DNA of 63,760 nucleotides, the filler included, from Ministeria vibrans ATCC 50519 (lineage: Eukaryota > Protista > Filasterea): assembly GCA_943704425.1 (NCBI GenBank). It is 5 parts of 5 records of this genome, joined end to end, with 100 filler letters (N's around TTAATTAATTAA, not from the genome) between each part and the next. Parts side by side here need not be neighbours in the genome. Positions count along the whole stretch, not along the records: positions 1 to 23,124 come from CALSCP010000678.1; positions 23,225 to 49,101 come from CALSCP010000945.1; 3 more parts are not named here. One strand, given 5' to 3'. The translations under genes were made by a program, and so were the position numbers. The notes under the pieces were generated by a model. That model saw nothing but the letters and a program-made list of their open reading frames with translations, did not search any database and was not told the DNA's origin. Of the stretch, positions 21,265 through 34,000 are shown one piece after another (position 1 is the first letter of the stretch; each line of letters starts with the position of its first letter).

Positions 21265-21887
21265 TTAGTACACCACTGTGCGGGTGCTCAGAACAGTACA
21301 GCTGGTCGAGCCAACCGCCTGTACGTCGCCTACAGACAAACCAGCGCCACCGGAAAAGCCACGCTTGAGGTCACAGTGATCGGTAGCGCCAGCAGCGTTC
21401 AGGCGCACCAACGCAGTTCCCGCGCCATTGTCAATGTGGTTTACGTAGAGCGCGGACGCTGAGTAGACATCCCATGTGAGATAATAAAATCCAGTGCTCA
21501 GCTGCAAAAAGCAAGAGCAAAAATGTTATTAATAATAACGTTATTAGGACAAAATGTCATAGTGAGGGTATTGGAAAACAATTAATTCAAAATAATTAAT
21601 AATATTAATAATAATTTATTATTATTATTATTATTTTAATTCACTACGGAATTGAATAATTCCCAGGTAAATTATTCAAATCCCTGTTTTTCATCCTATA
21701 TTACAATAATAATAATGCGTACCAAGACTGAGGAGTATCGATCATAGATCGTAGTGCTGACAGTTGCCGCTACTCGCAGGGGAGGCGACACATCGCTGGA
21801 GCAGTAGAAGTTGTACTGGCAACGTACACCGGCTGACACGAGTGACGCGCTGGAGCACAGAAAGACGAGGACAAGAGCAACTCGCAT
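21265..21887 (-). CDS. Small secreted Cys-containing protein, paralog B (exons 21887-21723, 21501-21265; ~133 aa)
   Basis: Signal peptide MRVALVLVFLCSSASLVSA. Phase-0 intron GTACGC...TTTTTGCAG. RCQYNFYC...LSTG...DVYSASALY...LSVGD...SCTVL matches paralog A. Confidence 0.75.
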
Positions 21888-22918
21888 ATTGAGTCAAAGT
21901 CTGCAGGAGAAAGTCAGAGGAGAAATGAGTGTATCAGCTAACTCAGATTCCCTCGAATTCGGACTTCACGGATTTCCAACGACAGAAATCTGCACCATTA
22001 AGTTGAAATCCGAAAACTTTCGTAACAGATTCATAACTCGAATGTCGGAGCACATGTGTCGCCAGCCACCGAAAACTCCACAAACAACACGCGCAACCCG
22101 ATCATGTCAACCCCTCAATAACAATGTGCTATAAGGCACGCTCCAATTCGATGGCGATTTTACTTAAACGCACAAAGTGTGAACGCAAATGTTTGCCTTC
22201 GTCTTTTTTTTTTTTTGAGAACATTCCGACAACACACGGAAACCCATAGATCCCGCGCACGCCAGCTGTCGCCGACCCCTGAAAACGGAATCACGTGACT
22301 CTTTACATCCTATGCTGCTTACTTTGAGAGCTGAAGAGCGTGCGTTTTTGTCAGGTATCGAAAAGGAGGAATTTTGCTCCTTTTTTGCGAAGGAAATGAA
22401 CAAAAAAATATTAATAAATAAATAATAGCTGTTATTCGTTATTGAATAACTATTATTGAGTACAGCTCTCGAGTCTCGACTCTCGAATCTCTATTTATTT
22501 TCTTTTACTTGTAACTTCCTTACTTGCAACTTGCAAGGCGGTCTAGCTGTGTCTTCGCGCGGTGCCTGTCGGGTGACTGTATCATTAATAAAATTAATGG
22601 GTTGTATATACACTCTACTTCCCTACTGGCGGTCCGCCGCAGAGGAGGAACTCGACGAACCGGCCCCAGGGATGTCATGCAACGGTCACCAGGTGGCAAG
22701 TGCGTGAACGGCTCCATTGCTCTTAGGGACTCAGTTAGGCACCACTGGGCTGAGTTTGGACTTCGTTTGGACTCCGTTTGGACTCACTAGGGAGTATGGC
22801 GTACCATTGCGATTGCCTCACTGGATAGCGATTGCACTTGTGCTTTTGTTGTAGATCTGGGTGACTGTGTATCATGATGGAATAAGGTTGTATTCTTCTT
22901 CTTCTATTTATTTTCCTA

Positions 22919-23124
22919 TGGCGGGCCCAGCTTTTGCGCGCTTCAACATCTCCGCCGGCGCGTCGGTCGACACGTTCCGGTGTCGGGCGTGCGCAGCCAT
23001 CCCACAGCCACAACAACAACAACAACAACAACTGCAACAACCACCGCTGGAGAGCCCAGAACACTTCCTGCTCCACTGTGCTCACCCAGCGGTGTACCGA
23101 CACCGACACGACTCACTGGTTGGC
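22919..23124 (+). mobile_element. Non-LTR retrotransposon fragment: C-terminal CCHC zinc knuckle (zf-RVT-like), truncated by the contig end
   Basis: CRAC...ESPEHFLLHC matches the Cx2C...ExxxHxxxxC motif that follows RT in LINE ORF2. Confidence 0.6.
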
Positions 23125-23224
23125 NNNNNNNNNNNNNNNNNNNNNNNNNNNNNNNNNNNNNNNNNNNNTTAATTAATTAANNNNNNNNNNNNNNNNNNNN
23201 NNNNNNNNNNNNNNNNNNNNNNNN
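23125..23224. other. Artificial 100-bp contig spacer (N44-TTAATTAATTAA-N44); also at 49102-49201, 60517-60616 and 62292-62391
   Basis: The identical all-frame-stop linker occurs four times. Confidence 0.97.
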
Positions 23225-23252
23225 TTTTTTTTTTTTTTCGTGTTGTCTTCAG

Positions 23253-24856
23253 TCCCTCTCACTCCCTCTCACGCCATCACGACATTGCTCTGGCTGTGCG
23301 TAGGAAGGGATGAAGAACGCGCTGACGCACGGCGTGAAGACACGGCCTCGCTCGCACTCCCGCTCGGGCTTTGGCAGCAAAGACATTACTCTGTGGGGCT
23401 CAGTGATTCTCAATCTCAACAATTCTATGGTACAAATCTCCACAGCGACTGCTGTCCCTCACTCACCCTCTCCATGCACACGCGCTGCACTCTAGGGCCC
23501 CGCCATGGTGCTCTTGCCCATGCTCATGCAAATCGCTGGCTACATCATGCCCATTCTGGCTCTCCTTGGCATCTACATTCTCTCATCGCTCTCCGCCACA
23601 ATGGTAACTCATCACGGCTCTCCTTTGTCCCTGATACTCCCTTTCTGATGCTGTAGTTGTGCGAGGCCATTCAACGGATTCCTGGCAACGACCAGTTTGC
23701 AGTCCGTTATGAATTCAGTACGAACTGTCTCTTGTTTGTGTGTAGTGCTGCGTTATTTATGTTTTCTCTCTATCACTTTTTTTTATCTCTGTGTGTATCC
23801 CTTTGTTTCTCCTCTCTCTCTCTATCACTTTGTTTCTTGCTCCATTCTCTCTCTCTCTTTCTCTTTTATCACTTTGTTTCTTTCTTTCTTTCTCTCTCTC
23901 TCTCTCTCTCTCTATCCGTCTTTTATCATTTTGCTTTTTTCTCCTCTTATAAACAACCCGTCTCGTTTTAGGCACTATTGTAAAGCACTACTATGGCAAC
24001 CGGTGGTACTACTTCACCCAAGCGTTCTACATCATTTCACTCATTGTACGCACACCTTGTCGTCATCTCTGTCGCTCCACTCATCACCCACACACTTGCA
24101 CTTTCTCACAATAGGGATTCAACATTTCGGCCATGATCATTTCGTCGACAGTGCTGGATAACTTTGTGATTCTGGTTGCAGGGCACTCGTGGGGGCTCAA
24201 CTACAGCGGAGAAGGCGCTGTATTCATCACAAGCGACCACAACTACTCTGACCCGTGGAGCGGCAATTTTGATGTCATTTCAGTGGGGTTTGTCATTGCG
24301 ATGGTCATTTGCATTCCCTTTGGCTATCTCAATCTGGAAGAGAACATGTGGTTCCAGTGGTTCTCCTTTGCCGGTCTCATGTTCTTCACTCTTGAGTTTT
24401 GGGTGCAGTTTATTCTCAATGCGTTTGTTGATCCCGAACATTACGCAATCAAGTACATTGACGCCCCACCAAACGGTATGAGTATCACATGTGAGACTGA
24501 GAGTGGGTTGACGATGAGTGAGTGTCCATGCACGAGACTCTGAACTGAGCATGAATAATTATAGTGTGTGTGTGTGACTGAACTCGTCTCTCTCCGATCA
24601 ATCGCGTTTGTGTCTTTCAATCTCCTCACTCACACATACACACACACACACATTCCTACACACTAACCCTTATGTGTGTTGTGTAGGGCCTGGTCTCACT
24701 CCCGCGTTCAATGCTGTCGGCCAGTCTCAAGTGCTGGGCATTACCATCTTTGCCTTTGCGTATGTCATTACCATTCCGTCATGGATCAATGAGAAGCGAC
24801 CCGCTGTCAGTGTCAACAAGGCCATTTGGTGGCCCGCCACAATTGGTACTCACATT

Positions 24857-24902
<46 letters not shown>

Positions 24903-24952
24903 TTCTTTCTCAGCTGTTATCACCATCTTNNNNNNNNNNNNNNNNNNNNNNN

Positions 24953-25049
<97 letters not shown>

Positions 25050-25786
25050 TCTATCACTTTGTTTCTTTCTCCTCTTTCTCCCTCTATCACTTTGTTTCTT
25101 TCTCCTCTCTCTCCCTCTATCACGTTGTTTCTTTCTCCTCTCTCTCCTCTCTCTTTTTCTTTCTCTCTCTCCTCTCTGTATTCTTCCTTTATAACTTCTC
25201 TTTTTCTCCTACTCGACAGCGTTTGTAATGAAGTTAATAACTGGTTTGTTGGGCGGATGGGCCTTTGTGCTGTACTTCCAACAGCCTGACGGGACCAAAG
25301 TGCTCGTTCCAGGCGCAAACGATATTCTTAACTCCCTCGCATCAGACAAGATGCCCGCCATCACGCAATACTGCAACTATCTCTGGACCATCACCACGCT
25401 CATCCCAGGCATTCCCGTCCTTTCCATCATGGTAATTAAAACACACACAGAGAGAGTGAGAGAGAGGAGGGAGAGAGAGAGAAGAAACAAAGTGATAGAG
25501 ACTGGAGGGAGAAAGAAACAAAGTGATAGAGAGAGACCGAAAAAGCAGTTGTGTATGTGTCAGTGTGCGCTGTGCGTGTGACTATAACACCTCAATTGCC
25601 CACTGACCCCTTCTCCTTCTTACCACTGTCTTCTCTCAGATCCGCTACAACCTGCTCTCCGGCAAGGTCCTTGGCAAGTACATGTCGTTCTTTGTCGCTG
25701 TCGTAGCCCCCTGGATCGTTGTCATGTTCATCTACCAGCGCCCCATCCTCAACACAATTGTCAACTGGCTTGCCATTGTTGTTCAG
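23253..25786 (+). CDS. Amino-acid transporter (Aa_trans/AAAP-type), multi-exon, both ends lost in gaps
   Basis: GFGSKDITLWGSVILNLNNSM-GPAMVLLP, LCEAIQRIPGNDQF..RYEF, CIPFGYLNLEEN, FAFAYVITIPSWINEK, IPVLSIM-IRYNL; many transmembrane segments. Confidence 0.85.
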
Positions 25787-25804
25787 GTATAGACACGCAC
25801 TTGC

Positions 25805-26078
25805 AGAGAGAGAGAGAGGGAGAAAGAAACAAAGTGATAGAGAGAGAGGGAGAAAGAAACAAAGTGATAGAGAGGGAGAAAGAAGCAAAGTGATAGAGAG
25901 AGAGGGAGAAAGAAACAAAGTGATAGAGAGAGAGGGAGAAAGAAACAAAGTGATAGAGAGAGAGGGAGAAAGAAACAAAGTGATAGAGAGAGAGGGAGAA
26001 AGAAACAAAGTGATAGAGAGAGGGAGAAAGAAACAAAGTGATAGAGAGAGGGAGAAAGAAACAAAGTGATAGAGAGTG
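25805..26078. repeat. Homogeneous minisatellite array (AGAGAGGGAGAAAGAAACAAAGTGAT, ~9 copies), intronic
   Basis: Read directly; the array runs into an assembly gap. Confidence 0.92.
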
Positions 26079-26576
26079 ANNNNNNNNNNNNNNNNNNNNN
26101 NNNNNNNNNNNNNNNNNNNNNNNNNNNNNNNNNNNNNNNNNNNNNNNNNNNNNNNNNNNNNNNNNNNNNNNNNNNNNNNNNNNNNNNNNNNNNNNNNNNN
26201 NNNNNNNNNNNNNNNNNNNNNNNNNNNNNNNNNNNNNNNNNNNNNNNNNNNNNNNNNNNNNNNNNNNNNNNNNNNNNNNNNNNNNNNNNNNNNNNNNNNN
26301 NNNNNNNNNNNNNNNNNNNNNNNNNNNNNNNNNNNNNNNNNNNNNNNNNNNNNNNNNNNNNNNNNNNNNNNNNNNNNNNNNNNNNNNNNNNNNNNNNNNN
26401 NNNNNNNNNNNNNNNNNNNNNNNNNNNNNNNNNNNNNNNNNNNNNCCCCCCCTCCCCCTCCTCCTCCTCCTACTCCTCTTTTGTTCTCTTTCTTTGTCTG
26501 TCTCTCTTGTTTTTCTCTTTTTCTTTTCTGAATTACAATCAAATTCGATACAATACTAACAATATCAGATTCGCTC

Positions 26577-27810
26577 TTACTGTACCGAGAGTGAGTCAGA
26601 GCTTAGCGTAACGCACTGGACATCATTGAGAACTGAGGCACAAAAGACACGCGAGCGCACTGGCTCAAATGCAACGGCTGCGAGAGCTCTGCCTGCAAGT
26701 GACACGGATGCGATGAGGGGCGATTGCTCGTGTGTGGGTGGTGTGCAAGACGACCACAGAGCGACCGTGGAATCATTTCCACAGCTGATCAGTCGGTCTG
26801 CACTGCTCCACAGTACACTCGTCACTTTTTGGGTGTGCTGGCCCGTCAATGTTGCACAAGGTCCGTCACGTGCATTGCGACTATCGAAAATCAGAATCGA
26901 GTTGTCATCGCCACCCCCCGTTCCCGTCGCAATGTAGCGATGGCAGGGTGAGACAGCACAGCACGTCAAGAGCGTCTTTTGCACTGGGAACTCTATAGCA
27001 CTTGCAAGATTGTTGTGTCCGTCCAGAACGCGCAGACGTTTATCTTCGCTCGATTGCGCAACAGTGCTGTCACCGAACCACGCGAGACCCGTCACAATGT
27101 TGCGGGAAATCTCTCGTTTTGCTGTGCACTTTCCATTGCCTAAATTCCACATTTTTACACAGGCGTCACGTCCACCTGAGCACGCGATGTCTTGATGAGC
27201 ACACAAGCCGGTCACGGGCAATGTGTGCGCCGCATTCCACACTGTCTCAAGCGAGCAGTCCCTCACGTTGCCTTGATTGAGGCGGATGCAGCCGTCACGT
27301 CCACCAGACACAATTGTGTCTGCATCAGACCAAGCAATGCTGAAAACAATAGAGAGTCAGAACGCCGAGTGTGTCAAGGGAGATTCAATAGAAGGCGTAT
27401 GCTCACCTCGAAACACCGCGCTCGTGGCCCGACCAGTAGCGAAGAACCGTCAGTGACTCAACATCACTGACGCATATTCGCTAGGGAGAAGACTAATCTC
27501 ACTTCCAAGTTCCAAAAGTCAACCCGAGCGTCGACGTACTCTGCGTCAGACAGTCAGTCATACCTTATCATCGCCACCAGAAGCAAGAGATTCGCCAGAG
27601 ACAGCAAGGCAGTTGACCGCTTCGCCAGAATGGAGCGGTCGTCTAGGCAACCAAATGATTTGCAGTGAAAACGCATCGATTCCTCCTTCATTCTGCTTTC
27701 ATTTTTAGTCAAATCAGTCGTCTCTCTTCTCACTTATCAATAGATGTCGGTGGTTGTTCCACTATCTGATGTCTCTTCTCGATTGAACGTGTGGATGAGC
27801 ACAAACCCAT
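26577..27810 (-). CDS. WDR31: WD40-repeat protein, WDR31-like, with N-terminal MGLCSS lipidation motif (multi-exon)
   Basis: SGGDDK, SGGRD, ISRNIVTGLAW, QSSEDKRLR and EFPVQK resemble the WDR31 motifs as I recall them (SRNVVT/QTSEDKTLR/FPAKQ). First exon MGLCSSTRS at 27810; 5' exon boundaries are approximate. Confidence 0.7.
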
Positions 27811-28280
27811 CTTGATGAATGATGGCCCCAGCGTACGCCACGCAGAGGCGTCAGATGCAGCGTTGCTGACTGTTGAGTGATTGGTGAGTGGCTAGAAGTT
27901 CAGTCTAGCAGGATCAGAGTTCCAATTATTAAAGAACAAAAATTTAATAATTAATATTGTGGATTCTGATTCACACACACACACAAACAGATTTTTCCGA
28001 AATTTTTCCGAAATTTTTCCTCCTTCTAGAAATTAGAAAATCTGATTCTTCTATTTTATTCATCCGTGGCCGCAGTGACTATTCAAGTGAGCCCTCCGCC
28101 TGTTCAGACCCTTGGGCCAACGATTGGGCCGCTGCAGACAACAGTTTGGTCCGGTCCCAATCCTCAAGCACAAAAAGTAGGTAACACAAATGTAGCTGAA
28201 CCTTCGTTCTTTGAACACTCCCTTTTAAGTTAAGTTTATTGTACAACAATGTAAACACTGCACTCGTTTATATTGCGGTG

Positions 28281-29285
28281 TCATCTGACAAAGAGAGGAG
28301 AAGAGGCATCACGAGGAATTGTGCGACGAAGAGGAGAGCGAAGGGAAGGAGGAGAGGATATGGGGGAGGCAAGGCGGGCGTTAAGCGCGACGGAGTGGGA
28401 GGAGCCAACAGAAGAAGGAGCGGTGTAGAACGACTGGGCGTACGGCGAAGAGGCGCCCGAGTGGGAGGACGGAAGGGTGTCCATGTTGGCCAGAAGAGCC
28501 CGGCGACGCAGCACGGCGAAGGGGGCACGCGAGCTGGAAAACGATGCAACCGATGATGGCGCATTACTCCTGTTGTCGTTGTTGTCGTTGTTGTTGCTCT
28601 TGTGATGCTTCGATTTTTTCTTGTTGTGGTGTGAGTTTTCTTTGTTGAGGAGGGGTGTGAAGATCGTGCTGGCGTCCATGTCGCTCATCAGCGCGTTCTC
28701 GATGCCCTCCTCTTCCTCTTCGTCCGCCTCCTCCTCCCCATTGGCGGCTCCTGGACGACGTGAAAACGACACGTCGTCAGCAGTATAATACTCATCGTCA
28801 GTCGCGAGAGCGGAGTCGTTGTGCGGATTGGCGCCTGACTGTGACACGGAATCGCCAAACATCGAGTCGTCCAGCTCGCTGTCCATGGGATACGTCGTGT
28901 CCTCATCCGTGTTGAATGTGCCGATGTGACTGGTCGCTGGGGCGTCGTTGTCGGCCATGAGCGTCGCCGTGTCGAAACCGTCCTCGCTCTCAGCGCTGTC
29001 GTGTGCACTGTCAAGCGAGCGACGGACGTTGCCAAATGGGTGGAAATTCAACTGCATGCCTACAAAGGCTTCGGTACGTGTCGACATGACAGGCACTGCC
29101 CCTGCTGTTTCGTCTGCTGTTGGTCCGTGGCGCGGAATGATCGGTCGCACAAACTTGACGGGGGTTCGTTTGACGCCGGGCGAACGAGGGTCGCACAGGT
29201 TGGGGAACACTGCCGCCTCTGGTGCAGCAGCTTTACTCTGTACTGGGCTACTTGCCACGCCTTGCTTGCTCTCTTGTGCGCCCAT
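28281..29285 (-). CDS. CDCA3/Tome-1-like disordered protein (myristoylation motif, DPRSP..RTP, KEN box)
   Basis: MGAQESK start, CDPRSPGVKRTPV, TPLLNKENS and many S/T-P sites. Confidence 0.6.
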   Translation of the reverse strand: MGAQESKQGVASSPVQSKAAAPEAAVFPNLCDPRSPGVKRTPVKFVRPIIPRHGPTADETAGAVPVMSTRTEAFVGMQLNFHPFGNVRRSLDSAHDSAESEDGFDTATLMADNDAPATSHIGTFNTDEDTTYPMDSELDDSMFGDSVSQSGANPHNDSALATDDEYYTADDVSFSRRPGAANGEEEADEEEEEGIENALMSDMDASTIFTPLLNKENSHHNKKKSKHHKSNNNDNNDNRSNAPSSVASFSSSRAPFAVLRRRALLANMDTLPSSHSGASSPYAQSFYTAPSSVGSSHSVALNARLASPISSPPSLRSPLRRTIPRDASSPLFVR

Positions 29286-29857
29286 ACTTGGTTCTAAGAG
29301 CCAGAAAAAAAAAATCGACGTCAGTATTCGATTTGTTTGTTCCTGAAACAAAAACAACACTCCGTAAATCAGAGTTTCTCAGTCGAAATAGTATTTATTG
29401 TATGATTTTAAATGTCATAAACCCAAAGAGACGCTGTGAAGCGGGCAGAATTTTTCAGAATGAACACAAAGCAAAAAAAAAAGGGAAATAACAAAACTTG
29501 GTCCTTACTTGAAAAGATACTAGAACGAGGTTGGTTGTATATGAAGTAGTCGTCAAACCGTTCACTAGAACCAAAAGATTGAACGTCGGGAAATGGTAAA
29601 TGTCTGACGAGTGACGAGTGAACTCGGTGATCTAATTTGTATGAACTTCACCAAAACGTCCATCATTGACACAGAGCACGTCAATGGCTCACTCAAGTCT
29701 CAATGTTGTCGTCACTCGTTCGTCAACAAATGAGTCAGTCAGGACTCAAAAGTTTCTACCCAGACAATACGCTCTATACCGCTCTCTCCTGATCAAAGAT
29801 CGTGCTCAACTATTCAATCAGCTCACACTTTTTTATTTTTTTACATATCTCTTCACA

Positions 29858-30805
29858 ATGGCAACCGGAAACGTAGCAATGGCAATGGAAATTGCCTCGG
29901 GACCCGTCACCAAGGCCGGTCCTTCAACAGCCACACAGAGTCAAAGCATCACGCTCAAGGGCAGTGTTGCAACCGTGACAGAATATTTCGGTATTACAAA
30001 AAATATTCAAAGTTTGGCGCGTCGCCTAGCTGTCTTTCTCACGCCATCCTTGCTTCTTCTGCCTCCCATGACACCTAAAACAGGAATGGCCATCAACAGG
30101 TAGGTGCAGCGTTGCTCAAAGCATCCAGACTATCGACTGTAGCTCACATTGTTTTTTTTTCGCTTCATTTTTTTTTTTTTGTACTCTGTCGTTGTGCACA
30201 GTATTCTCTACCAGCGAGGCCTGTACCCTCCCGAGAGCTTCAACCGTGTCAAGAAGTATGGTCTGACCATGCTCATGACCAATGACGACGGCCTCAGAGC
30301 CTATCTGAAGCGTGCGCTGATGCAAACACAAGGTAAGGCGACGCACAGCACACAGAGGGCGCGCAAACATCAAACCCCGCCACGCCGCACTCCGTAGAGT
30401 GGCTCATGTCAAAGCGAGTGCAGAAACTTGTCGTGGCCATTACTTCCGTTGACACCAACGAAGTCGTTGAGCGGTGGCAGTTTGACGTGGAGTGCCACAA
30501 AGACGAAAGCAACGCCGAGAACACGTAACAACACATCACACTTGTCAAGCTTATTAATGATTAAATATAAAAATAATAATACATTGTTGTAGAGCCTCTC
30601 AAACACCATCAACAGAGGCGCCACGCAAGGTCAAGACGCAAAAGGAAATTGACGGCGAAATTGCCGCCATCATCCGACAAATCACGGCATCGGTCACTTT
30701 CCTGCCATTCCTCGAAGACCCTTGCTCCTTCGACCTGCTTGTCTACACCGACACCGTAAAACAAACACAATATAATTACAATATATTATATTATATTATT
30801 ATATT

Positions 30806-30837
<32 letters not shown>

Positions 30838-31010
30838 GTCTGAATCCTCGCGTCTCACCCTCCTCCACTCTCTAGGACGTCTCTGTTCCTGCAGCCTGGG
30901 AGGAATCCGACGCGTGTCTCATCAGCAAAGCAGCCGAGGTCAAACTGCGCTCGTTCACCACAAACGCACACAAAGTAGACACCCTCGTCGCATATCGAAC
31001 AGACGAATAG
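29858..31010 (+). CDS. MAD2: Spindle checkpoint protein Mad2 (HORMA domain), 6 exons
   Basis: ITLKGS..TVTEYF, INSILYQRGLYPPESF, ERWQFDVE, IRQITASVTFLP, VKLRSFTT..HKVDTLVAY. Confidence 0.97.
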
Positions 31011-31082
31011 AAAAAAACAAAACCCAAAAAACAAATAATAAAAAGACGTAATAATATTATTAAAATACAAAACTTCACTATA

Positions 31083-34000
31083 CTACAGCTGTGAAGCTGA
31101 AGGGGCCATAATGTTCTTGCGCTGAAGATCAAGCACAGCGCCTAAATCACGAAGGGAGACACGATGTGCACGATTAACCCTACCCCCCATGAGACGATCA
31201 AGGGAGTCAGTGATGGTGGCAAGAGAGGGGCGACGACGAGGTTTGGCCGCCCAGCACTGCTGCATGAGTGCATAGACGGCAAGCGGGCAGCGCTCTGCGG
31301 GGCGACGTAGACGACCCCCTTCCCGCAGGAACGCCATAATGCGGTGTGCGTTGGTGTGGATCGCTCCGTACGGCACTTGCTTGCCTTCTCCCATAATCTC
31401 CCACAAAAGCACTCCTATTTAATTAAACCCAGCCCAAAAGAAGAACAAAAAAAAATTAAACAAAAAACTTATCATGTTTGCAACGCCATTACAGACGAGT
31501 ATTGTGCATACCAAATGACCAGACGTCAGTGGCAACGGTAAATGCGCGCGTGCGAATGACCTCAGGGGCCATCCAGGGCATGGACAGCTTCACCTTGTGG
31601 TGACTCCGCACGTACGTTCCATCTTCCACGTCCAGTGCGCGCGACAGCCCAAAGTCGGCTAGCTTCACGACAGTGCCAACACTCACAAGACAGTTGCGCG
31701 CCGCAATGTCACGATGCACAAAGTTCAGTGAGTGCAGGTAGGCCAAGCCCAGCGACACCTGGTGCGCCAGATCCAACAGCTCTGCGACGGCAATGCTTAC
31801 ACGCGCTGCTGCACAGTCGAGCAGGAAGTCGCGCAAGTTGCCATAGACACAGTGTTCGAGCACAATGAACAGCGGTGGTACCGAGTCTACCGACACGCCC
31901 AGTAGACCCAGTACATTCGGATGATCAAACTGCATCGTGATGTACGCCTCGCGCACAAACTCATGGTGTGCATAGTCGGGATCCACTCCCGTCGCTCGCA
32001 GCGTCTTGAGGGCCACAAAGCCATCGCGAATCAATGGATTGCCTGCGTCACTGCCATCCGTCACACGCGCCAGCCACACCTGCCCGTATTGTCCGTCGCC
32101 CAGTGCACTCAGTAGCGTCAGTGCCTCCCACTTGTAGTTGGGCGCACGGTGCACTGCACTCAGCATATTCGTCGTTGTCATCTTACTGTCGGCTGACTCG
32201 CTCTTGCGCTTGCGTCGCACACGCTCATCGTCGTCCGCCCCATCAGCTCCTTCCTCCTCCTCCTCCTCCTCCTCCCGCCCCGCTCCTTGTCCGCTCTGAG
32301 TCATTGCCGCCACAATCACCCGCGTCATCTGATCATCGAGTGCTGTAAACGTCGAAGAGGCCACACTCGCCCGATCGTCCTCCATCTCAGCCAACAGCCC
32401 TGTAGTTGTCGTCGCCACGGAAGCTGCTCCATCCACACTCTCCGAGTCCGAGTCGTCGGGGTCACTCTCGATAATGTCCCCTTCATCATCATCCTCCTCC
32501 TCCTCCTCCTCCTCTCTCTCTCCCTCCTCTTCGCCATCCAGTGCGGCATTCATATCAATCTCAATGGCACCCGCTCCGCCTGTTCTGCCTCCCATCAATG
32601 GTCGTATCAAAGACTCCACCTGACCCTCACCTTTGCTCCCTTTTTCGCGCTGTCGAAGCAACAACGGCGACGGGGACGACGACGACCCACGGCTCTCGAG
32701 CGCGCGTGCTGCACGCAATCGTGCCTGTTCTTCGCGTGTCAGCGCAGCCGTTGACGACGAGGGCGCAGTTGCCGCAGTCATCATGGTGGTCGCCGCTGCC
32801 GAGGCTGCTGCTACCGCTGTCGCTGTCGTGCCGGTCAGCGAGGCACGCGCAGCCAAAAGCGAATCGAGTTTCGCATTGAACGTGTCCTTGTCACTCTCGG
32901 CAATGGTTTTGTGCAGCTTGTTGCACGACCAGGTGGTAGAGCTCACCAGTGAGGCGCGTCGATGGGCACGATCAGCACCTGTTGCCACGAGTGACAAGTC
33001 AAACACGCGACAAGGTGTTATGCCGGCACGTGTGCACTCGGGACAGGGCAGTGTGTGGCGGTAGCGCACGCCGGGACAAACCGAGTGAAGAATATGCATC
33101 ACAGTCGCCACAATGGTCCCCAGACTGTCTACCGTCGGTGGCTGGTCCCTGTTGCCCCGCACCTCGATGCGCAACGCTCGATGGTACGTGTCGTTGGTGA
33201 GCAGCGCTCGCTCCACTCCATCGCCACCGCCATTGCTGTCCTTCTCCTTGACCGGCAGTGCTTTGCGCGACAGCAACACTCCGTTGGACCACACAAAGCG
33301 TTTGTGGTCGTGACACTCAATGAAGGGATGCAATCGCACAACAATGCGCGAAAAAACCTCGTCAGGTACGCCATCGTCGCCAAACTCAAAAATGCGCACA
33401 AGGGGCGACGCACCGCGTAGCTCCTCTTCCGAGGGCGACATATTCCATGGGAGATTGGCAGGCGCCTCAAAAGGCAGCAAATGAGGAATGAGAAGTCGAC
33501 TGTGCCGCAAGAATTGCGCACAACTCGAGAGTGGTCGTGTCGTCGCGGCGGACGATGACAAAAGCGATAGTGGAGTTGCTGGGCAATTGGTCGGTTGAAT
33601 GAGTTCGTAGACGGGCTCTTGGCCGTTGCTGGACCAAGGATCGTCGGGTGCGGGCGTGGTGGGTGCTGCGAGAGACTCGGCGGGTGCCACCGAGAAGGCA
33701 AGACCAAACGACTCGAGAAGGCTCGCCAGACGACAGCACACGCCAAAGGAGTAGCCCCACACACATTCGAGGTCGCTGTACGTTATGAGTCCGTCACGCA
33801 ACACCGGTTTGCTCACCGTCGAGCCCAGCGCGGCGGTGTCAGGCGCGAGCGTCAGGTCCACACTGGTGTCGCTGACACAAGCGGCACGGTGCAACTGGGC
33901 CATCACATCAACGGTGAGCCACTGCGGATCGATGACGACCACATCACCGAGACCTTCACGGTCAAAGAAGACACACTGACCCCAGTGCGAGAGCAACGAC

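Noticed and set aside
21262-21267. Stop-codon reassignment (TAA directly before a splice donor)
   Set aside because: Conserved genes here end at the expected positions with TAA (cyclophilin, PARG), TAG (MAD2, SF3A2) and TGA (HACL1), so the standard code applies.
23125-23224. Recurrent TTAATTAATTAA palindrome inside N-runs as a biological motif
   Set aside because: It is an identical 100-bp artificial spacer at four places; adjacency across these points is not evidence of linkage.
25805-26078. CRISPR-like array or tet-operator array (AGTGATAGAGA matches a tetO half-site)
   Set aside because: There are no unique spacers, no cas genes and no full tetO palindrome; it is a eukaryotic minisatellite.
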